Virus record (IMG/VR): IMGVR_UViG_2728369187_000007
Coordinates: 1 to 20,139 of that record
Length of the DNA stretch: 20,139 nt
Source of the DNA: a virus
Lineage: Duplodnaviria; Heunggongvirae; Uroviricota; Caudoviricetes
Strand: one strand, 5' to 3'
Shown here piece after piece: positions 7,173 through 14,669 of the stretch (its first letter is position 1; each line of letters begins with the position of its first letter). Under the pieces are notes generated by a model. The model was given only the letters and a program-made list of their open reading frames with translations. It was not told the DNA's origin and did not search any database. Made by a program: the position numbers and the translations under genes.

Positions 7173-8118
7173 ACGCCCACTGGTTATAAACACACAGCTT
7201 GCGATGAAGATTGGCTTAAATGAAGCCATTGTGTTGCAGCAGTTGCATTACTGGTTGAGAGATACCAATTCCGGCATGGAATGTGATGGTGTTCGCTGGA
7301 TTTACAACACAACGGAACAATGGCTGGAACAGTTCCCATTCTGGTCAGAGTCAACGTTAAAGCGCGCGTTTGCAAGTCTGAAAACGCTGGGGCTTTTGCG
7401 TTGTGAAAAGCTCAATAAATCAAAGCGCGATATGACCAATTTCTACACGATCAACTATGGGAGCGAGCTTTTAGATGGTGGCAAATTGAACGAATCCATC
7501 GGTTCAAAATGCGCCGCTCCATCAGGTCAAAATGACACGATGGAAGAGGTCAAAATGAAACGCTCCATTGGTTCAAAACGACCCAATGTCATCGGGTCAA
7601 AATGGCCTGATGATCTTACAGAGAATACAACAGAGATTACTACAGAGAATAAAAACACTTTTCGTCCGGAAGCTTCGCAACCGGACCCGCAGACCGCTGA
7701 ACAGGATTTTTTAACCCGGAACCCCGACGCGGTTGTGTTTAGTGCGAAAAAACGCCAGTGGGGTAGCAGGGAGGATTTGGCGTGTGCGCAGTGGATTTGG
7801 GGGCGGATCGTGAACCTTTACGAACAGGCTGCCAGCGACGATGGAGAGATCATGCGACCAAAAGAGCCTAACTGGACAGCCTGGGCCAATGACGTGCGCA
7901 CAATGCGGATGCTGGATGGCAGAAGCCACAGACAAATTTGCGAAATGTTTGGTCGGGTACAGCGAGATCCATTCTGGGTAAAAAACATCATGAGCCCGTC
8001 AAAACTCCGCGAAAAATGGGACGAACTGGTCATCCGCTTGGGACGTTCACCTGTACAGCGTTGTGTGAATCATATTTCTGAACCGGATACAGAAATTCCG
8101 CCTGGTTTCAGGGGATAA
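7153..8118 (+). CDS. Replication initiation protein (lambda O-like replisome organizer)
   Basis: N-terminal region typical of phage replisome-organizer proteins; an iteron array lies inside the gene, as in lambda O. Start set at the ATG at 7153; the ORF-track start at 7099 is TTG. Confidence 0.7.
   Translation: MSLLFAERPLVINTQLAMKIGLNEAIVLQQLHYWLRDTNSGMECDGVRWIYNTTEQWLEQFPFWSESTLKRAFASLKTLGLLRCEKLNKSKRDMTNFYTINYGSELLDGGKLNESIGSKCAAPSGQNDTMEEVKMKRSIGSKRPNVIGSKWPDDLTENTTEITTENKNTFRPEASQPDPQTAEQDFLTRNPDAVVFSAKKRQWGSREDLACAQWIWGRIVNLYEQAASDDGEIMRPKEPNWTAWANDVRTMRMLDGRSHRQICEMFGRVQRDPFWVKNIMSPSKLREKWDELVIRLGRSPVQRCVNHISEPDTEIPPGFRG
7492..7655 (+). repeat. Origin-of-replication iterons plus AT-rich tandem repeats inside the O-like gene
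   Basis: Five direct repeats of about 11 bp (consensus GGT(T)CAAAATG) starting at 7501, 7525, 7548, 7570 and 7595, spaced 22-25 bp. Followed by three 12-bp tandem repeats (ACAGAGAATACA / ACAGAGATTACT / ACAGAGAATAAA) at 7616-7651. Confidence 0.65.
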
Positions 8119-8158
8119 GTGTTGATTTCAGGTCATGAGGTAATTTTAAGGAGGACTT

Positions 8159-8581
8159 GTGGCAAAAGTTTTTACACAGGAAGAGCGGGAAAAAATTAAA
8201 GAGCAGGTGGTCGAACTTGTGCGCCAGAGCGGTCGCGAGACATTACGACAGTTGGAAGCTAAAACAGGTGCGACAAGATATCTGATGAGCATTCTTGCCA
8301 GAGAGCTGGTTGCCAGTGGTTATGTATACAACTCCGGCTACGGGTTATTCCCGTCTGAACAGGCACGAAAGGACTGGCAAAATGCCCGCAAAAAACTCTC
8401 TAGGGCGAAGGTGAAGAAACCCGCTGTGGTTGATCCGGACCTTATCTGGTCACTACCTGATGGAGAAATACGTCGCTACGACAGTCGTCTAAACATAATC
8501 TGTCGCGAGTGCCGGAAGAGCGAAGTTATGCAGCGCATATTGTCGTTTTATCAGGGAAATGTTCGGTATCTATTTAAGTGA
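8159..8581 (+). CDS. Hypothetical protein (140 aa), replication-module associated
   Basis: GTG start with a strong RBS (AAGGAGGA, 8147-8154). Normal GC. No motif recognised; it does not look like a lambda P or DnaC-type helicase loader. Confidence 0.6.
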   Translation: MAKVFTQEEREKIKEQVVELVRQSGRETLRQLEAKTGATRYLMSILARELVASGYVYNSGYGLFPSEQARKDWQNARKKLSRAKVKKPAVVDPDLIWSLPDGEIRRYDSRLNIICRECRKSEVMQRILSFYQGNVRYLFK

Positions 8582-8896
8582 CGAGATTAAAGTGCATTAG
8601 TTAAGATGTAAATTGACATTTTCATGGCATAGGGTAGAGGTAGCGTGGTTGTCTGCTTTGTGCCATGAACTGATGTCGCTTGTGTGCGTGGCAATTAGTG
8701 TATAACGGATATCATCAGACTCCAGCAGTAGCATTGCTTGAGCATACTAACATATGAAATCTTTAGTTAACGTAAGATAAATTAGATTTAGTTTTTTTGA
8801 GTATGAGCTCATAAATAATCAAAAAAACTTGATACGCCATATGACTTTGATTTATTTTGGAAAAACATAAAGGTAATGTAATGTAAAGAGGAAAAT

Positions 8897-10384
8897 GTGG
8901 ACATTAGAGACTGGCTACCAGAATTTCAAGTTTCAGCAGAAACAGATCGGGACTTACAGACCTATTTTTTTAAGCTACCGGCGATAAAGGATATTATTGA
9001 AAGTAGGGCTTGGTTGGTTCTTGGAAGAAAAGGTACTGGTAAAACAGCCATTTATGAACACCTTAGAAGAGGAAAACCAGCCAATCTCAACGGGTTTTAC
9101 TCAGTATGTCTAAATTTTAGTGACTATCCATGGCCAGCCCATCAACTTTACAAGGATGCAATGGCTGGAGAACTTTCCGCTTATCAAAAAAGTTGGATGT
9201 ATCTTTTTTATATTAAGGCATTATCTAAACTTATTGAAATAAAAAATGATGCTGGAGAGACTTTAAACAAAGATCTAACGTGGGCACATAATTATATCAA
9301 AACTATCTTTGGTAGTCCCGACCCAACTCTTAGGGAGGTTTTGTTTTCAAAAATAACCAGATTAAAAACCATAAAAGGGCCCAGTGCTGGTCTTAATGAA
9401 GTATCATTGGACGCAGGTGAAATTTCGTTAGAGGAAGTTGCTGAGAATGCTCAGCTAAAGCAAAAGCTAAGAGCTAATGCTTTCACATTGCTTACGTATT
9501 TTGAAAAAATTTTTAAAGATAACATTGGTAATGAAAAAATAATTATCGCCCTTGACCAATTAGACGAAAACTGGCTAGAGGGGCAAATTGAAGAATATAG
9601 TAAGGTTTTAATAAATCTGCTAAATGTCTGTAGAAACATAGCATCTGATGAACGCCTCAATGATAAATTAAAAGTCATTCCCTTCCTACGAACGGATATT
9701 TATCATTCTTTGAAATTCAATGATAAAAACAAATTATTGCAAGATAGTGCTATCATAATCTCATGGAATGAAAATAATCTAAACGATATGTATTATGAGA
9801 GGATAAAGAAATACAAACCTAATGATCTCATATTAGATGACGAAAAGGACAGATCTGGGAAAGTATTTGAGGTTTCATTCGTTAGGCAGGGGACTCCTCC
9901 ATTTAAATATATATGTCGCCGTTCTTTCTTTAGGCCTAGGGATATTATTGTCTACTTCAACAAAATTAGGGCATGTCATAAAAATAATGTCTCAGGTCTT
10001 TACACTTCCAATGAGCTTTATGAAGCTGACCGTGAAGCATCTATAAGTGTGTACAATGAGGTGATTGATGAATGGTCCAACCAATTCCCTGAAATTGAGA
10101 ACTTACTAACTGTTCTTCAAACTATCCAAGTAGAAACATTCGATTTTAATGATTTCTCCGAGAAGTGCCGTAATGAATTTGCAGGTATTTCTGATGGGGT
10201 GATACGTCAATATATCAACTTCCTGTTTGATAACTCACTTATCGGACAAAAAAAACAAGGTAGATGGGAATACGTAAGTAGTTTGCCTAACTTAAAAATT
10301 AATCTACAAAATGAGTTTAGGACACATCATGCTTTAAAATACAGGTTGCATTTAATAGAAAGCAGACCGAGCCAAAATATTTAG
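8897..10384 (+). CDS. P-loop NTPase of unknown family (495 aa) on an AT-rich island; candidate accessory/defence gene
   Basis: GTG start with a GAGG RBS 5 nt upstream; in-frame stop 18 nt upstream. Walker A GRKGTGKT (aa 43-50); candidate Walker B IIIALDQLDE (about aa 215-224). Markedly AT-rich relative to flanks, preceded by about 315 bp of AT-rich non-coding DNA. Confidence 0.85.
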   Translation: MDIRDWLPEFQVSAETDRDLQTYFFKLPAIKDIIESRAWLVLGRKGTGKTAIYEHLRRGKPANLNGFYSVCLNFSDYPWPAHQLYKDAMAGELSAYQKSWMYLFYIKALSKLIEIKNDAGETLNKDLTWAHNYIKTIFGSPDPTLREVLFSKITRLKTIKGPSAGLNEVSLDAGEISLEEVAENAQLKQKLRANAFTLLTYFEKIFKDNIGNEKIIIALDQLDENWLEGQIEEYSKVLINLLNVCRNIASDERLNDKLKVIPFLRTDIYHSLKFNDKNKLLQDSAIIISWNENNLNDMYYERIKKYKPNDLILDDEKDRSGKVFEVSFVRQGTPPFKYICRRSFFRPRDIIVYFNKIRACHKNNVSGLYTSNELYEADREASISVYNEVIDEWSNQFPEIENLLTVLQTIQVETFDFNDFSEKCRNEFAGISDGVIRQYINFLFDNSLIGQKKQGRWEYVSSLPNLKINLQNEFRTHHALKYRLHLIESRPSQNI

Positions 10385-10656
10385 CTTACATCCATCTCCA
10401 TTAAGAAATCTTGCTATTGTTCTTATGGATCGTCTTTCTGACTGATTTCATATTGGCGAGGTAAAGGTAGTTAAGTAGAATGGCTGCGGGTGCTTGAGGC
10501 TATCTGCCTCGGGCATGAACACCAAAGGCAGATAGAGAAAAGCCCCAGTTAACATTACGCGTCCTGCAAGACGCTTAACATTAATCTGAGGCTCAATCTA
10601 TGAACGGCAAATCTAGGTTAGCCTCTTACGTGCCGAAAGGCAAGGAGAAGCAGGCT

Positions 10657-10812
10657 ATGAAGCAGCAAAAGGCGATGTTAATCGCCCTGATCGTCATCTG
10701 TTTAACCGTCATAGTGACGGCACTGGTAACGAGGAAAGACCTCTGCGAGGTACGAATCCGAACCGGCCAGACGGAGGTCGCTGTCTTCACAGCTTACGAA
10801 CCTGAGGAGTAA
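10657..10812 (+). CDS. hokD: Hok/Gef-family membrane toxin (HokD/RelF-like)
   Basis: 51-aa product MKQQKAMLIALIVICLTVIVTALVTRKDLCEVRIRTGQTEVAVFTAYEPEE with the single TM helix and conserved Cys of Hok toxins. RBS AAGGAGAAG upstream of the ATG at 10657. Confidence 0.85.
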   Translation: MKQQKAMLIALIVICLTVIVTALVTRKDLCEVRIRTGQTEVAVFTAYEPEE

Positions 10813-10883
10813 GAGACCTGGCGGGGGAGAAATCCCTCGCCACCTCTGATGTGTCTGGCATCCTCAACGCACCCGCACTTAAC

Positions 10884-10900
10884 CCGCTTCGGCGTTTTTT
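10884..10900 (+). terminator. Weak intrinsic terminator downstream of hok
   Basis: Short GC hairpin (CGC-TTCG-GCG) followed by T6; a degenerate copy of the stronger terminator at 11547-11572. Confidence 0.35.
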
Positions 10901-10955
10901 CCGTTGATTAACTCTAGTTATTAGAGAACCGAACTTTTATTGATGGGGCAGGGAG

Positions 10956-11348
10956 ATGAAGAAACTTGTTTTAGTCGCAGGTGTAATGATTGCAACAGTA
11001 ATGTTGGGAGGGTGTGCAGCAAAGGTCGATCCAGCGTTGAAAGCAGAAGCAATGAAGCCACTAACATGTAATGATGAAAAGCAATGTGACTTTTATTGGA
11101 AACGAGCGCAATTCTGGTTGGCTAATAATTCCTCATGGAAAATTCAAACGGCGACAGACACGCTAATTTCCACTTATAATCCCTCTCCAAATAGTCCATT
11201 CCTCGCTTATCAAGTGAGTAAAATGCCAAATGAAGATGGATCCTCAAGAATTTTCATCAAGCCTTTTTGCGATAATATGTTTGGCTGTCAACCAAACCCC
11301 TATCAGGCAGTTGTTTCCTTTAAAAACTTCGTTAAAACAGGGCAGTAG
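10956..11348 (+). CDS. Lipoprotein of unknown function (moron)
   Basis: Signal peptide with lipobox (VMLGGC, Cys20) plus four further Cys. GGGAGA RBS. Lower GC than the backbone. Bracketed by terminators upstream and downstream. Confidence 0.7.
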   Translation: MKKLVLVAGVMIATVMLGGCAAKVDPALKAEAMKPLTCNDEKQCDFYWKRAQFWLANNSSWKIQTATDTLISTYNPSPNSPFLAYQVSKMPNEDGSSRIFIKPFCDNMFGCQPNPYQAVVSFKNFVKTGQ

Positions 11349-11546
11349 TGTATAGCTTGGACGATAAATTATTAGTGAAAACGCCGTAAACCCTCACCCA
11401 ATGTGGACTAAGTCTATCAAACATGACTGTGATGATTAGTCCGTAGTTGTTGCCTATGAAATCTGGATTGAGTCAGGGTTTAATCCAATAATTATTCTAT
11501 CGTTCCTTTACAAGTCCGGTATATTACTTTCAGTTTGTTTTAGCAT

Positions 11547-11572
11547 ACCCGCTTCGGCGGGTTTTGTTTTTT
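11547..11572 (+). terminator. Rho-independent terminator
   Basis: 6-bp stem ACCCGC / GCGGGT with a TTCG loop, followed by TTTTGTTTTTT. The ORF-track TTG start at 11564 lies inside it and is rejected. Confidence 0.7.
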
Positions 11573-11644
11573 CCTGGCATTCTGGTTTACAATTCGCACG
11601 CCAGCCTGAACAACTGGCACCTGCTGCGCCAGCAGAGACAACCG

Positions 11645-11923
11645 ATGGCGCACGATACCAAATTACACAATTCTGATTATTCTGCCGTCTTTGCCAGCAG
11701 GCACGGGCGGCGTTCCCGCACTTTCAAATCTGACTGGTTCCAGCATGACCCATGTACTGAAGAACAGGCCGAATGGCTAATTCATAACTATCGCAGACGC
11801 GGATACGAGATTAAGAAAGCCCTCAGCCTCGATTATCGTCACTGGATAATCTATGTCAGGCTCCCTTATTCCGAACGCCCACCGCGCCCATCCCGCACAT
11901 ACCAGCAACGGATCTGGAGGTAA
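11645..11923 (+). CDS. Hypothetical basic protein (92 aa); possibly Rem-like by position
   Basis: ATG at 11645 (the ORF-track TTG start falls in the terminator). Its stop abuts the GTG start of the DUF968 gene. No motif recognised. Confidence 0.5.
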   Translation: MAHDTKLHNSDYSAVFASRHGRRSRTFKSDWFQHDPCTEEQAEWLIHNYRRRGYEIKKALSLDYRHWIIYVRLPYSERPPRPSRTYQQRIWR

Positions 11924-11924
11924 C

Positions 11925-12974
11925 GTGCGGATATTACTTCGACCTGTTCTGGTACCGGAACTCGGGCTGGTGGTCCTTAGGCCGGGCCGTGAATCCATGC
12001 AAGTATTTCATAACCCTCGAGTGCTGGTGGAGCCTGAACCGAAAAGCATGCGCGGTCTGCCGTCCGGAGTCGTCCCTGCCGTTCGCCAGCCGCTGGCGGA
12101 GGATAAATCATTACTGCCATTTTTCAGCGATGAGCGGGTGATTCGTGCTGCTGGCGGCGCTGGGGCACTGTCTGACTGGCTGTTGCGTCATGTCAAATCC
12201 TGCCAGTGGCCTCATGGTGACTATCATCACAGTGAAATCGTCATACATCGTTACGGTACCGGCGCGATGGTGTTGTGCTGGCACTGCGACAACCAGTTGC
12301 GTGACCAGACATCCGAATCACTCGGGCAACTTGCTCATCAAAACCTGTCAGCATGGATGATTGACGTCATACGCCATGCAATGAATGGCACGCAGGAGCG
12401 GGAATTGTCGCTGGCTGAATTATCCTGGTGGGCGGTCTGCAATCAGGTGGCGGACGCGCTTCCGGAGGCAGTATTACGTCGTTCTCTGGGGTTACGTGCG
12501 GAAAAAATCCGCTCCTTGTACCGCGAAAGCGACATCGTACCGGGAGAGCAGACCGCCACCAGCATACTGAAGCAGCGCACAAAAAATCTTGCGCCGTTGC
12601 CTCATGCCCACCAGCAACAGAACCCACCACAGGAAAAGACGGTGGTATGCATCACCGTTGATCCGGAGTCTCCGGAATCTTTCATGAGGCGACCTAAACG
12701 TCGCCGTTGGGTAAATGAGAAATATACGCGCTGGGTGAAGACACAGCCGTGTGCGTGTTGTGGTCAGCCAGCCGACGATCCCCATCACCTGATTGGTCAC
12801 GGTCAGGGAGGGATGGGAACAAAGGCCCACGATATTTTCACGCTACCGTTGTGCCGGGAACATCACAACGAACTTCATGCGGATCCGCTGGCGTTCGAAG
12901 AAAAGCATGGTTCCCAGGTTGATTTAATTTTTCGTTTTCTTGATCACGCCTTTGCAACCGGCGTGCTCGGGTAA
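11925..12974 (+). CDS. ydfU: DUF968/YdfU-like protein with C-terminal Cys/His (HNH-like) motif
   Basis: 349 aa from the GTG at 11925 (GGAGG 4 nt upstream), the length I recall for Qin YdfU. C-terminal CACCGQPADDPHHLIGHG...LCREHHNELH. Confidence 0.7.
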   Translation: MRILLRPVLVPELGLVVLRPGRESMQVFHNPRVLVEPEPKSMRGLPSGVVPAVRQPLAEDKSLLPFFSDERVIRAAGGAGALSDWLLRHVKSCQWPHGDYHHSEIVIHRYGTGAMVLCWHCDNQLRDQTSESLGQLAHQNLSAWMIDVIRHAMNGTQERELSLAELSWWAVCNQVADALPEAVLRRSLGLRAEKIRSLYRESDIVPGEQTATSILKQRTKNLAPLPHAHQQQNPPQEKTVVCITVDPESPESFMRRPKRRRWVNEKYTRWVKTQPCACCGQPADDPHHLIGHGQGGMGTKAHDIFTLPLCREHHNELHADPLAFEEKHGSQVDLIFRFLDHAFATGVLG

Positions 12975-12986
12975 AAGAGGTTACTG

Positions 12987-13346
12987 ATGCGTATAGAGTT
13001 TGTTTTGCCTTATCCGCCGACGGTGAATACTTACTGGCGACGTCGTGGCAACACATATTTTGTATCAAAAGTCGGTGAGCGTTATCGCCGTGATGTGGCA
13101 CTAATTGTTCGCCAGCAGCGGTTGAAATTAAACCTGTCCGGAAGGCTGGCAATAAAAATTATTGCAGAGCCACCGGATAAGCGCCGCCGCGACCTGGACA
13201 ATATCCTGAAGGCACCACTGGATGCGCTGACGCATGCCGGACTTCTTATAGACGACGAGCAGTTTGATGAAATCAATATTGTGCGCGGACTGCCTGTTCC
13301 TGGTGGTCGGCTGGGGATAAAAATCACAGAACTGGAGTGCGCATGA
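12987..13346 (+). CDS. rusA: RusA-family Holliday junction resolvase
   Basis: 119 aa with the conserved PDKRRRDLDN catalytic region and a GGRL...I motif near the C-terminus. RBS AAAGAGG. Confidence 0.85.
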   Translation: MRIEFVLPYPPTVNTYWRRRGNTYFVSKVGERYRRDVALIVRQQRLKLNLSGRLAIKIIAEPPDKRRRDLDNILKAPLDALTHAGLLIDDEQFDEINIVRGLPVPGGRLGIKITELECA

Positions 13347-14032
13347 ATAACCAGTATTTACAGTTTGTGCGTGAGCAGCTCATTATCGCTACCGCTGATT
13401 TGAGTGGGGCAACAAAAGGTCAGCTTGAAGCCTGGCAGGAGAATGCCATGTTTGATACAGGGCGTTACAGGCGTAAAAAAATCCGGTACCGCGATGAAGT
13501 GACTGGAAGAATGATAACGCGGGATAGTCCACCGATACCGGGAAAACAATCACTGGCGAAAGGCTCATCAATTGCTCTGGTAAGTCAGGTTGAGTTTTCG
13601 ACATCATCATGGCGACGGGCAGTTCTGTCTCTTGAAGAACATCATAAAGCCTGGTTGTTGTGGTGTTACAGCGGGATTATTTGTTGGGAATATCAGATCG
13701 CGATAACACAGTGGGCGTGGAATGAATTTAATACTCAATCCGGTACCAGAAAAATTGCAGGGAAAACGCAGGAACGCCTGAAAAAATTAATCTGGCTGGC
13801 GGCGCAGGCAGTAAAAGCAGAACTTTTTGGTGGGGAAGGTTATGAATACCAGGAGCTGGCATTACTGGCGGGAGTGACAACTAAAAACTGGTCCAAAACA
13901 TTTACTCGTCACTGGGTTGCAATGAAACACATTTTTCACCGACTTGATAGTGAGGCTTTATTGTTTGTAATGAGAACACGTTCAAAACAAAAGGCGGCAT
14001 TTTCAAAGCAAAGTGTTGCAAAAGTAGATTGA
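13343..14032 (+). CDS. Late-gene antiterminator Q-like protein (putative)
   Basis: 229 aa; ATG overlaps the rusA stop (ATGA). Last gene before the promoter/terminator/lysis region. Assignment is by position, not by a recognised motif. Confidence 0.5.
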   Translation: MNNQYLQFVREQLIIATADLSGATKGQLEAWQENAMFDTGRYRRKKIRYRDEVTGRMITRDSPPIPGKQSLAKGSSIALVSQVEFSTSSWRRAVLSLEEHHKAWLLWCYSGIICWEYQIAITQWAWNEFNTQSGTRKIAGKTQERLKKLIWLAAQAVKAELFGGEGYEYQELALLAGVTTKNWSKTFTRHWVAMKHIFHRLDSEALLFVMRTRSKQKAAFSKQSVAKVD

Positions 14033-14044
14033 AAGGCATATATT
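14016..14044 (+). promoter_or_regulatory. Candidate late promoter (pR'-like) overlapping the 3' end of the Q-like gene
   Basis: -35 TTGCAA (14016-14021), 17-bp spacer, -10 TATATT (14039-14044), about 50 nt upstream of a strong terminator. Confidence 0.35.
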
Positions 14045-14095
14045 TCATGCAAATCTGATATTTTGCCGATTTTGTACGTGATGGCAAAAGCAAAC

Positions 14096-14121
14096 AAAAC
14101 CCGCCCACAAGCGGGTTTTTT
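14096..14121 (+). terminator. Rho-independent terminator (tR'-like)
   Basis: AAAACCCGC-CCACAA-GCGGGTTTT stem-loop followed by a T-run. Confidence 0.65.
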
Positions 14122-14226
14122 GTGCCACTTATCTCGGATAGACATGGTGAATGCGCTGGTGGAGGAGATAAGGGTGATTTTTGAATGCTTGCAACATTGA
14201 TTTCGTAACGTTATTATCCTGCGCCC

Positions 14227-14302
14227 GGCCCTTTAGCTCAGTGGTGAGAGCGAGCGACTCATAATCGCCAGGTCGCTGGTTCAAATCCAGCAAGGGCCAC
14301 CA
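14227..14302 (+). tRNA. tRNA with anticodon CAT (elongator Met or Ile2-type)
   Basis: 76 nt. 7-bp acceptor stem GGCCCTT/AAGGGCC, D-arm GCTC...GAGC, anticodon loop CTCATAA, T-arm GCTGG-TTCAAAT-CCAGC, encoded CCA. G1-C72 pair argues against an initiator. Confidence 0.85.
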
Positions 14303-14303
14303 G

Positions 14304-14380
14304 CCGCCACTAGCTCATCAGGAAAGAGCGTCAACCCTTTAAGTTGAGTGTGCGAGGTTCGAGTCCCCGGTGGCGGTCCA
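14304..14380 (+). tRNA. tRNA-like gene, anticodon TTT (Lys) as read, atypical anticodon loop
   Basis: 77 nt. Perfect 7-bp acceptor stem, D-arm GCTC...GAGC, anticodon stem TCAAC/GTTGA with loop CCTTTAA (C at position 33), T-loop TTCGAGT with one A-C mismatch in the T-stem, encoded CCA. Confidence 0.6.
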
Positions 14381-14382
14381 GT

Positions 14383-14458
<76 letters not shown>

Positions 14459-14461
14459 TAT

Positions 14462-14536
<75 letters not shown>

Positions 14537-14541
14537 GTTAG

Positions 14542-14669
14542 AGTCTTTCAGTCTGCGATGATGGGAAATCCCGGAGTGACTGAAAGACGTTTAAGTTATG
14601 AATGATCGCCTTTTTTTGCAAAATTGCTGTGCAGAAATACTAACCTTCGGGCAGGCGATCATTCATAAG
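14542..14669 (+). other. Two long perfect inverted repeats downstream of the tRNA cluster
   Basis: IR-A: AGTCTTTCAGTC (14542-14553) pairs with GACTGAAAGAC (14578-14588), 11 bp, 24-nt loop. IR-B: TTATGAATGATCGCC (14596-14610) pairs with GGCGATCATTCATAA (14654-14668), 15 bp, 43-nt loop; the left arm is followed by T7. Confidence 0.6.

Noticed and set aside
7492-7655. Short direct repeats as a CRISPR array
   Set aside because: Repeats are about 11 bp with about 12-bp spacers, lie inside a protein-coding gene and encode a repeated peptide. The geometry matches replication-origin iterons, not CRISPR repeats.
10600-10656. Treating the in-frame upstream ATG as the true hok start (70-aa product)
   Set aside because: Hok-family toxins are about 50 aa, and the ATG at 10657 has a strong RBS. 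Kept as a note in the findings rather than as the gene model.
11564-11644. TTG-initiated extension of the 92-aa ORF
   Set aside because: The TTG lies inside the terminator stem-loop/U-tract at 11547-11572; the first ATG at 11645 is used instead.
11853-11924. ATG-initiated 24-codon extension of the DUF968 gene
   Set aside because: It overlaps the upstream gene by 71 nt. The GTG at 11925 has a GGAGG RBS and gives the expected 349-aa length.
12367-13152. Minus-strand ORFs (12367..12630, 12492..12830, 12838..13152) and plus-strand alternate frames inside the DUF968 and rusA genes
   Set aside because: Shadow frames of well-supported genes; no RBS; Arg/Pro-rich composition.
14304-14380. Second tRNA as an argN/argO-type rare-codon arginine tRNA, as in Stx phages
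   Set aside because: The manually folded anticodon loop reads CCTTTAA (anticodon TTT), not TCT or CCT.
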